Shown piece after piece: positions 11,897-22,186 of a DNA stretch of 22,186 bases. The DNA is taken from assembly GCA_002104945.1 (NCBI GenBank), contig MCFH01000166.1, positions 1 through 22,186 of the forward strand. Reading direction: 5' to 3'. The notes beneath the pieces are model-generated. The model was not told the origin of the DNA. It was given only the letters and a program-made list of their open reading frames with translations, and did not search any database. A program made the position numbers and the translations under genes. Each line of letters begins with the position of its first letter. Positions within the stretch are counted from its first letter, which is position 1. The stretch comes from Piromyces finnis finn (taxonomy: Eukaryota; Fungi; Neocallimastigomycota).

Positions 11897-13606
11897 AATA
11901 TTTAACAATTTTTATCTCATTTTTAATTACAACTTATTTAATGTATTATGTATTAGTGAGTCTATAAAGGACAAATAAAATAAATATAAATATTAATAAT
12001 TAAAAATTATTGAAATAAAATTATTAAGGATTAAAGGTTTTTTTATATTAGATATTATTTTTTTTTATCTATTTATATAATGCATGACACTAACATTTAT
12101 AAAATTATATTATTAATTAAAATGATGTTAAAATAGATTATTGGATTTTTAGTTAATATATATATTAAATTTTATATATAATATAATTCAGTTTTATATT
12201 AAATCCATTTATGAATTTTTCCAATATTAGGTGTGTACTATTCATTATATTATATCATTCCTATAAATGATATAAATCAAGTTATATAATTATTATTAAT
12301 ATTGTGAATTTTTCTATTATATACTTTTTTGAGTATTACTATTTCTAGACTATATAATCATAATTTTTATATATGAAACTTTTATATTTATATGATATAT
12401 AAATAGATTAATGTTATTATATTATTAGAAGAATATTAAATTTAATAACAAAAGTATAAGCCTTAGATGTTTTATGAGTATGTACTCTCATCTAATAATA
12501 ATAAATTTTATAATAATAAGTATTATATATATCTAATTTATAAAATAGCATAAATTGTATATAATATAAAAATTTTCTTTACTATGTTAGTTTCTATATT
12601 GTTAATTTGTTTTTTCTTCTTTCCAATTCTTTTTTCCAGGCTTACCTTCTTTGTATTATCACTATAATCATTTGTTATAATTCATTTTATTATTACATTA
12701 TATCAATAATAAAAATATCTTTGTTATCAAAGTAACCATAATCCTATATAGTATCTTTGATATACCTCTTTCTTAATTATTAGTTATTCTTTTCATTAAA
12801 AATTATTTATTATTAAATAATCATAGAAAATATTTAATATTCAATATTCAAAAATATATATATACAAAAAATTATAATGTAAAATAGTCAAGTATAATAA
12901 TTAAAGTCTAATTATTATACATGCATATAATTAATTAATAAATATCATATATTATAGTATAAAGTAATATATATTACAATATAATTAATTAATTATAATT
13001 TTTTAATTAAAAAAAATTTCCGAATTAAGAATTTCTTTTAAAAGAATTTTTTTTGGGGAAATAAATGATAAATCTGCCTTTCTTTCATCAGCATTTTCAA
13101 TTTATTATTTTTAAAATAATTATTTATAAAAAAAACCTTTAAAAATAGAGGATTCCTAATAATGTATAGCAATATTTATAATATTTATATATAACAATAT
13201 AACAATATATATTTTATTAAAATCTTTTTTTACAAATATTATTATTTTTACAAAAAATATTAGTTATTTAAAAATAATATTATTTGTTAAAGATAATAAT
13301 ATTAAATTTAATTATATATTAGAGTATATTGTAATATATTAGATATTTTAATTTATTTTTTTTATATTTAAATAAATTTTTTTAATTAGAATTAAAAATT
13401 TAATTAAAAAATTTAATTATATATTACAATATATTTCAATATATTCAATTTATTTAAATTAATTTTTTTAAAAGAAATTCTTTAAATCACCTCCGAATTT
13501 AAAAGGTATAAAAGAAGAATTTTTCTTTTTCTTTTTCTTCTTCTTTCTTCCTTCCTTTTTTTTTTTTTAATCTTTTGCCAAAAGGTGTAAAGAATAATTA
13601 ATAAAA

Positions 13607-16600
13607 ATGATATTAAAATTTATTATGAATTTATTGCTATTGATTACAATAGCATTTGGATATTCATGCGAAGAAATTTGTGAACAACTAAAAGTAGAAA
13701 ATTATAATAACTGTAAAGAGGATAGTAATGGAGATGCCATTGAATTGTATGTATTGATATTATTAATAATGAAATAAATATATTATTCTTATCTACTTGG
13801 TAGTTTATCAAAAGTACTAAAAAAATAAAAAAAATATTAAGATTAATGTCTAGAAAGGACTTATTAGAGATTCCTGAATTTATTTTTAATGTAACAACCT
13901 TAAAAAAATTGTAAGTAAATAAAGTTAAAATAAGTTAAAGAGAATCACCCTAAATTATCCACCTGTATATATTTTATATTTTATTCATTTATTTAAATAA
14001 ATTTATATAGAGATCTTTCTATAAATAAATTGACTGAAATTCCAGTTGAAATAGGAAATCTTAAAAATCTTGAACATTTGTTTGTATATTTTTTTTTAAT
14101 TATAAAATAAAAGTATTTATAAATCAATTTTAGTAAATAAATATTCATTTTAATAAAAAAATTAAAAAAAGACTTTTATACAAAAATGATATAAACAATA
14201 TTCCAAATGAAATAGGAAAACTCACTAATCTAAGATATTTGTTAGTAATTATTTTTTAAATATTTAAATATAAAATTAAATAAAAACATTAATAATAATA
14301 GTTAAATTATATATAAAAAATATAATAGAGATTTAGGCTATAACAATATAAAAAATATCCCTAATGAAATTGGTGAATTAAGAGGTTTATGGAATTTGTA
14401 AGTGCATTTTTATCACATGATTATTATCATAATTATTATATTTTATTAATTTTCTTATTTTAAAATAAAAATACAAAATAGACATTTAAATAGTAATGAA
14501 ATTTCTTCCATCCCAGATTCATTTGGAAATTTGACTGAACTTTGGAGTTTGTATGTATTATTATTATTTATAGTAAAAATATAAGAAATAATAGTAATAA
14601 ATTATTTTATTGTATAATAATTCTATTTTTAAAAAATTAAAGAGATATACAAAATAATAAATTAGAATTGGTTCCGTGTTTTTTTGGAAATTTTACCAAT
14701 CTTGAAAAATTGTATGATAATGCATATATAATAAAATTAATAAGAGAAAAAAAAATTTCATTGTAAAGTTTTAATAATTTTTAAAAATTAAAAAATAAAT
14801 TAAAAAGAAATTTAGGAGGTAATGATTTTTCTAAAATTACCTCTGAAATTGGAAATCTTGTTAATCTAAAAGAGTTGTATGTGTTCCAAAAAAAAAAAAA
14901 AAAAAAAAAAAAAGATATTAAATATTAATTATTTTAACATTTATATTGATTTTTAATTATTAATATAATTATATAAATTTATAGAATTTTGTACGGAAAT
15001 AATTTAAAAACTCTTCCTGATACCATTGGAAAACTTACAAATCTTGAACAACTGTAAGTGCTAAATTTTTAAAATACAATTAAATTATGATTTATTTTTT
15101 TTTTAAAAAAAAAAAGAGAATATAAAAAATTTATATTATTATTGAATAGAATTGAAATTTCATTCTTTTTAAAAAATTCTAAAATATTTATTTATTCATT
15201 TTTTTTTTGAAAATTGTTTTATAGGAGTTTAAATAGTAATAGTTTGGAAACACTTCCAGATTCAATTGGAAACCTTAGTAATCTCACTTTACTGTATGTT
15301 TTTTTATTTAGAAAATAATTAAAATAATAATAGTTTTTTAATATTGATGCTTTTCTTTAAAATACTTTTATAGGTATTTAAATTATAATAATTTAAAAAC
15401 TCTTCCTGATACCATTGGAAAGCTTACAAAACTTGAACAACTGTAAGTGATAAATTTTTAAAATACAATTAAATTATGATTTATTTTTTTTTAAAAAAAA
15501 AGAGAATATAAAATTTTATGTTATTATTGAATAGAATTGGAATTGTATTAATTTATTCTTTTTTTTTTTTTTGATAATTGTTTTATAGGTATTTAAATTA
15601 TAATAATTTGGAAACACTTCCAGATTCCATTGGAAATTTTTCTAATCTTTCATCTCTGTATAAATTTTGTTTTATATAATTTGATGAATACTTTATAAAA
15701 TAAATAAATATTTTTATAATCAATTATTAATATTTAATATTTAATATTTGTAAATATTAGAGAGATGATAGAAAATAATTTATCAACTCTTCCCGATTCC
15801 ATTGGAAATCTTACAAAACTTGAAAGAATGTATGTTTTTCTTGATTTAGAAAATAATTAAAATAAATATTAAAGTTTTTATTTAAAATAATCTTATAGAG
15901 ATTTATTCGGAAATAATTTAACAACTCTTCCTGATACCATTGGAAAGCTTACTCAACTTCATTGTTTGTAAGTTTTCATTACATTTTAAAATAATATAAT
16001 ATAATATAATATAATATAATATAATATAATATAATATAATATAATATAATATAATATAATATAATATAATATAATATAATATAATATAATATAATACATA
16101 AAAATACTTTATTAAATATTTATATATTTTTCATATTATTTAATTTACTAAGATATTTGTCAAACAATAATTTAACTGTCCTTCCTGATTCTATCGAAGG
16201 AATGATTAATCTTACTTATTTGTATGAATTTAAATAATTGAAAAGTAAAAATAATACTTAATTATTAATATATATAATTGTATTTATTGTATTTTATAGA
16301 TATATAAGTAATAATAGTTTATCTGAGATTTTTGATAAAATAGTAAATCTTCCAATTGAGTATTTGTATGTTTTTCCTCTTTTTCTATGTTAACAATATT
16401 ATGCTTTATCTTATGAAAAATAATATTAAAAAATATTTATAAAATATTAACTTAAATAGAAATTTAAATTATAATAATTTTACCGAAATTCCTGATTCAG
16501 CTGGAAAGCTTTCTAATATTAGAGTTTTGTATATTATTCTTTATATTATTTATATAATCAAAGAATTTATAATAATAGTGGAGATAATTTAATGATAATA

Positions 16601-19071
16601 TTTTAAATATTTTCATAGAGAATTGTCTAATAACAAGATATCTAAAGTTTCAAAGGAAATTGTAAATTGCAATGAAAGCTTTTCATTGTAAGTATTTATC
16701 ATAAAATCATTATATATAATAATTATAATTTAAAATATTTTATTAATTATATATTTATTTATATAAATTTAAATAATCCATTAATATTTTTAAAGATATT
16801 TAAATAATAATAGTTTAACTGAGATTCCTGCTGAACTTGGAAATGTTTGGAGATTGTATAGATTTATATTATTTATAATAAAAGTATTATATACAATGAT
16901 TTAAAATTTAAAATATTCTATTAATTATATTTTTTTAAAAATGTAAATAATAATTTAATTAATATAGAGAATTAAGCGATAATAAAATTACCGAGTTTCC
17001 TTTTAAAACAGGAAGAATTGAACATTTGTATGTATTTATATTATTTATTATAAAAATATTATATGTATAATTAATTATAGTTGATATTTATATAAATTTA
17101 ATTAATCATCATTTAATTAATGTAGAGAATTAAACAATAATAAAATAACCAAGATTCCTCCTGAGATTGAAAATCTCACTAAACTTTATTCACTGTATAT
17201 ATTTATTATTTATCTTTAATTATATATTGAAATATTTGATTAATTAATTTAAATAATAATTTAATTAATATAGAGAACTCAATGATAATAGAATTAGTGA
17301 GATTCCTCCTGAGATTGGAAATCTCACTAAACTTTATTCACTGTATATATTTATTATTTATCTTTAATTATATATTGAAATATTTGATTAATTAATTTAA
17401 ATAATAATTTAATTAATATAGAGAACTCAATGATAATAGAATTAGTGAGATTCCTGCTAAGTTTGGGGGTATTAAATATTTGTAAGCATTTATATTACTT
17501 ATTATTAAAGTATTATTATAAATAATTAATTATTAATTAAAATATTTTATTAATTATATATTTATTTATATATATTTAATTAATGTAGAGAATTAAACAA
17601 TAATAAAATAACCAAGATTCCAGCTGAAATTATATATAATTATATTCAACATTTGTATTTAATCAAAAACAGATTATATAATAAAAATATAGTCTAAATA
17701 AAATGAAAATATAAATAATTTATTAATTATATATTTATTTAATTATTAATTGAATTAATATAGATATTTAAATGATAATTACATAACTAAGCTTCCCTGG
17801 AAGGAGATAAAAATACATTTTAATTTGTATTATCATTTTTTATAAAAGTATTATATATAAAAATTGAAGTATTTAATTAATTGAAATAAATTTATTATAT
17901 AGATGTTTAGATAATAATTACATTACTGAGCTTCCCACTATTAAAAGTGAATATATTTTTATTAGGTAATTATTTAATTAAATCATTATAAAATTATTTT
18001 ATGTATCTATTAAAATTTAACAATTTTATTATTTTGCTTTTTTTTTTAACAAAAATTTTATATTTTAAAAATAAATTAATAGTTTAATTAATAATTGTAT
18101 TACTTCATCACCAGTAATGACAGGAGACGAAAAATATTCTCTGTATTGTATACTATTTTTTAAATATAAATTTGTTTAATTAACTTGAAAGAAAAAAATT
18201 GATAATAATATAAAATAATTTTATTTTCGCTATTTATATAAATTTAATTAGTTATTTAGAAGAAAATAATGACGAAAAATGTAAAAATTTAAGAAAATGT
18301 GGTGATCAGTATGAAGAATGTCCTCTTGATCAGTTCTGTACTAATAATGGATTTTGTGTAGAAGATAAGTTTAATATATCTAATAATAGTGAAGAAACAG
18401 TGACAACAACTTTCACTTCAAGTGAGGAATTAGCAACTACAACTTTTGAATCAATGACAGATAAAGAATTAACAACTACAACAACTCATCCAAAAGTTAC
18501 TACTGAAGAAACAAGCATAATTGAAAAATTAACAACAACAACAATTCAACCAACAACTTCTGAATCAATTACAAGTAAAATTACAAATATTAAATCTAGT
18601 ACAACCTCAATGGTCAAAACTATGATAACTTCTTCAACAACAACAACTACTAGAACTACTACAATAATCAAAGCATCTACTACTAGAACTACTACAAAAA
18701 CAAAGACTACAACTAGCACTACCACTATTAAACCATCCTCAACTTTTCATCCATGGCAATGTGGAAAAGGTATTAGATCCTGTCAAAAAGGATATTGCTG
18801 TAGTAGATATGGTTGGTGTGGAAAAAGTAAGGATTATTGTGATCTTGCTCAAGGTTGTCAATCTGAATTTGGTCATTGCAAGAAATACACTCCAGAAAAA
18901 AAGCATCATCACGAAAATGCAAACTCTAAAATTCATCCATGGAAATGTGGTAAAGATATTGGTTCCTGTAAGAAAGGATACTGTTGTAGTAAATATGGAT
19001 GGTGTGGTAAGAGCGAAGCATACTGTAGTAAAGAACAAGGATGCCAATCTGAATTTGGAAAATGTTGGTAA
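13607..19071 (+). CDS. Secreted LRR / Thr-rich stalk / tandem CBM18 chitin-binding protein, 28 exons, ~899 aa, apparently intact
   Basis: Exon 1 is 13607-13746 (MILKFIMNLLLLITIAFG-YSCEEIC...). LRR exons: 13842-13910, 14011-14079, 14172-14240, 14329-14397, 14482-14550, 14643-14711, 14808-14876, 14985-15053, 15225-15293, 15374-15442, 15589-15657, 15761-15829, 15899-15967, 16153-16221, 16300-16365, 16460-16528, 16619-16687, 16796-16855, 16968-17027, 17126-17194, 17274-17342, 17422-17481, 17589-17654, 17764-17826, 17903-17965 and 18083-18142 (60-69 nt, all multiples of 3, GT-AG, phase 2). The last exon, 18252-19071, is in frame with ORF 18400-19071. The spliced sum is 2700 nt with no internal stop. 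Consensus LxxLxLxxNxLxxLPxxIGxLxx. Confidence 0.94.
15001..15640 (+). repeat. Older tandem duplication of a two-exon LRR unit (exons 9-10 vs 11-12)
   Basis: 15001-~15150 and ~15390-15540 share the exon 3' part (aatttaaaaactcttcctgataccattggaaa...gaacaact) and the following intron (gtaagtg.taaatttttaaaatacaattaaattatgatttattttt...). Confidence 0.85.
15991..16095. repeat. (ATAAT)n microsatellite, 21 units, in intron 14 of the LRR-CBM18 gene
   Basis: Perfect pentamer run between exons 15899-15967 and 16153-16221. Confidence 0.97.
17152..17455 (+). repeat. 148-bp tandem duplication of one exon+intron unit
   Basis: 17152-17299 and 17300-17447 differ at one base (ttgAaaat vs ttgGaaat). A third AGATTCCT begins at 17448. 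Confidence 0.93.
18397..18750 (+). other. Thr/Ser-rich low-complexity linker (mucin-like stalk) within the last exon
   Basis: Translation VTTTFTSSEELATTT...TTTTTRTTTIIKASTTRTTTKTKTTTSTTTIKPSST. Confidence 0.9.
18754..18879 (+). other. CBM18 / hevein-type chitin-binding domain 1
   Basis: WQCGKGIRSCQKGYCCSRYGWCGKSKDYCDLAQGCQSEFGHC: 8 Cys, with the CCS-x-Y-G-W-C motif. Confidence 0.93.
18940..19068 (+). other. CBM18 / hevein-type chitin-binding domain 2 (C-terminal)
   Basis: WKCGKDIGSCKKGYCCSKYGWCGKSEAYCSKEQGCQSEFGKCW*. Confidence 0.93.
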
Positions 19072-22000
19072 AACCCTAACTATTTTTTAAGTAAATCTTT
19101 AAATAAGAAATTTATATACAATATGTTTAAAATATAATCTTTATAAAAATTCAATTAAATCTATTATTCCTTAAATTTTAATAAAAGTAGTTTATTATTA
19201 ACATTTTAATTTTATTATTATTTTAAATAAGTGATTTTTTTTTATAAAATATTTTATTTTCAACTCTATTTTTTATTTTAAAATACTTTTAAAAAAAAAT
19301 TGAAAGAGTATTTTTTCTTTCAATAACAAAAAAAAAATTACCTATAAAAAATAAAGTTTAAAGTAAATCAAAAAAAAAAAAAAAAAGCTTTATAAATTTA
19401 AAAAGATTGTAGATGATATATTCCTTGTCTGAAGTTTTGATGGTTTTATTTCGAAACAGACGTATTATTTATATATAAAATTAAATTATTTTTTTTTTAT
19501 TTTAAATTTTTCTAATGAAACAATATAAATTTTTAGTATAAAAGATTTAAAATTTTTTCTATTTTTTATAGTTAAATGACCATTACATGTAAAGTTATTA
19601 GGATATATTATAATACCATTTATAAATTATAATTAATACATTAATTTTACGACTTTACAAATGATACAATTAGATAAAAAAATATGAATTTACTATTAAA
19701 TTATTATTTATTCATTATGATATAATCTAAATATAATTTTTTACATGGTTTTATATTTTGTTTAATAAGACTATTTAATTTCATAATTTATAGTTTTATT
19801 ACTATTTATTTAAATCAGTTTTATTCCAATAGAGTAGTAGTATCCTAAAATTTTAAAGAAATATAAAGTAAAAAATAACAAATTCGAAGAGACTATAAAT
19901 TGGTTGAGTCAAAAAGTTCAAGAATATAATGAATCAGACGCTGTTTAAAAACTTTTAAATAATTATAAATTATGAATGATGAACGCAATCAAAAAACTTT
20001 TATAGTTTCGAAAATAACATAAAACGTAATATAATATATAATATATATATATATTGTAATTATTATAATCTTGTAAATAATATAGTATAAATATTCATAG
20101 TTATAGTTTAATCAATTATTAATTATATAAAAATAAAAATAATATTATATATGGTAGATGGAGTAGATACAGTAGATATTATTTATAATATATAAAAATA
20201 AAAAAAAAAAAAAGATATATTTTTTATATTTATAATTAAACCCTTTCTAATATGTATAAAGTAATACACAATAAGGCATAGTATAAATTACTATTATTCA
20301 TTTATAATTAAATAATAAAATTCATATTTTATTACTAGTCAATATATCTAAATGGAAATTAGAGACAAATGATTATAATTTTTTTTAATTTAATATTTAT
20401 TATTTTTCTTTCTTATTTTTTAGTATTATTTTTTTTTTATTTATTATTATTATAAAATATATAAACTAAAAATTAAAGCAGCAAATGATATCAAAAAGTA
20501 TTAAGAACTATGATTTTTTTTGACTTTTTTTTTTTTTTTTTGTTATTTTAGTTTAAATAAATTCAACCTTTTTTACTTGAGATATTAAAGAAAGAATATC
20601 CGACAGGCTAATGTGCATAATTTAAATATTATTATATATGTTTTCTATTATTTTTATTTTTTTCATTTAAATAATTATTTTAAATATAAAATATAATATT
20701 TTTTTTATTTAGGAAATAATAAAATAATAATACATAATATATATTCATAAATGAAAGTTAATAAATAAATAAAATTATATCAAAATGGTCTCTAATATAC
20801 ACCAACAATAAATCTTTTATAAACCATTATTTTGTATATATAAATCGTTTATTTTTATTCTTTTTATTATTAACTTCATTTTTGATCTTTTTTTTTTTTT
20901 TTTTCTAATTTAATTTTTATAAAATTATCATTCGTTATTCCTTATTCCTTATACCTAGGGCAATTTAAAATAATTGAGGCAATTTAATATAATTATGAAA
21001 TATTTATTGTAATACTAATAATGGATTTCTATTTAATTATTGTTTTCTGTATCACAATATATATAATGACATGAGAGGCCGAGTGAAGGGAAAATATATT
21101 GTCAGATGTTTTTAAGATTAGTTTCTATTTTATATATTATCATTGATACAGTTTATACTTTTATTAATGTAATTTAAAAAAAGTATTTTATATACAATTA
21201 CAGTATATAATTATCCTTATATAATTAAAATGATTGAAAATATTTTAATAATTAAATAAAATATAAAATATATAATTAATACCAGATTGACTATTACCTT
21301 TCTACTCGGAGCTATATAAAAGAATTCCTCAATACTGTAAATTCTGAAAATTCTCAAAAAAACTCTTGTAGACAGAGTGAAAATAGTTTATAAACAATTT
21401 TACTAGTGATATAAAATTTAGATATGGCTTTAAATAATGGTACTTGTCGAAAATAATTAGAAAAAGTGTAGTCATCATAAAAGGTTATTATTATTTAATA
21501 ACTTTTAGAAATAAAACAAATAAAGAACAAAGATTTCCAATTATATAAATTATAATTATTTATTATTAAATAATGAATCGTCCATTATTATGCTTTTATA
21601 AATTAATTGTTTTTTTTTTTTTTAAAAAAAAAAAATATAGATTTTATATTCTTTGTAAGTATTGTATTTTTATTATTATTACTGTTATTAAAATTAATTT
21701 TATTTCTATGTTACTATATAAAAAAAAATATCTAAATAAATATTGAATGATGGCGGTAAGTGGTGACGATAAAATAAACTTAATAAATGTAATATTTATT
21801 AAAATACTTTTTTTATATATCTATTTATTTATATATTGGTGATAATTTTTTTTTATTAAAAGTAATAAATAAATTTATGAATTGTTGAATGTTGTTTATT
21901 ATTTTGTTAAAGTAGTATTATTTGGAATTTTATACTATTCTATTATTATAGTCCATTTTCATATTTTCTATTAGAATCAGAATTATCAATAGATTCAATA

Positions 22001-22186
22001 AGCTTATTGACATAATGACGAGTAGTAAAATAATAATCAACCTATTAAAATATATATATATATTACATTTAAAATAATTAAATTAAAAATCATTTTATAT
22101 TTTATTTTCTATTTTAAATTATTTTTTTTTTAATAAACATTAAATTAAAAAAAAATTAGTCATATTTTAAATAGTAATTATTTTAA

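Noticed and set aside
12600-12790. Minus-strand peptide-like relic (…AWKKELERRKNKLTI)
   Set aside because: Riddled with stops and matches no family I recognise.
12960-13500. Short inverted and direct AT-rich motifs upstream of the CBM18 gene (aagaatttcttttaaaa and its reverse complement; atatattacaatata) suggesting a MITE
   Set aside because: The arms do not extend into coherent terminal inverted repeats, no target-site duplication is seen, and complexity is low.
18739-19090. ORFs 18739-19047 (-) and 18761-19090 (+)
   Set aside because: Shadow frames of the CBM18-coding exon, which has a clear domain match in another frame.
20930-21480. GC-richer patches with short frames (e.g. YQIDYYLSTRSYIKEFLN…)
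   Set aside because: Under 45 codons, with no splice structure or recognisable domain; may be decayed sequence.

Overview
Extremely AT-rich, intron-dense eukaryotic DNA, most likely from an anaerobic gut fungus (Neocallimastigomycota; inferred from base composition, short AT-rich GT-AG introns, the style of the CBM18 domains and a scaffoldin-like Cys/Tyr module). The six-frame ORF track misses almost everything because the window is a cluster of leucine-rich-repeat (LRR) genes built from micro-exons. Each micro-exon encodes about one repeat (72 nt for 24-aa plant-type LRRs, mostly 69 nt for 23-aa LRRs), and all LRR introns are phase 2 at the same Leu codon. Contents: (1) a 5'-truncated LRR-TM receptor-like gene at 925-1902, mirrored by an inverted copy at 1-840 that is probably a fold-back assembly artefact; (2) a complete 14-exon signal peptide-LRR-TM paralog at 5141-7607 with one extra A in exon 7; (3) a multiply disabled gene with LRRs and a scaffoldin-like module at 9673-11896; (4) an intact 28-exon, ~899-aa gene at 13607-19071 encoding signal peptide, 26 LRR exons, a Thr-rich stalk and two CBM18 chitin-binding domains, with visible recent exon duplications and mosaic exons. 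Three long intronic microsatellites are present. No RNA genes, CRISPR arrays or supportable mobile elements were found. Together the genes look like a modular, actively rearranging repertoire of extracellular LRR recognition proteins with different surface anchors; the function is inference.
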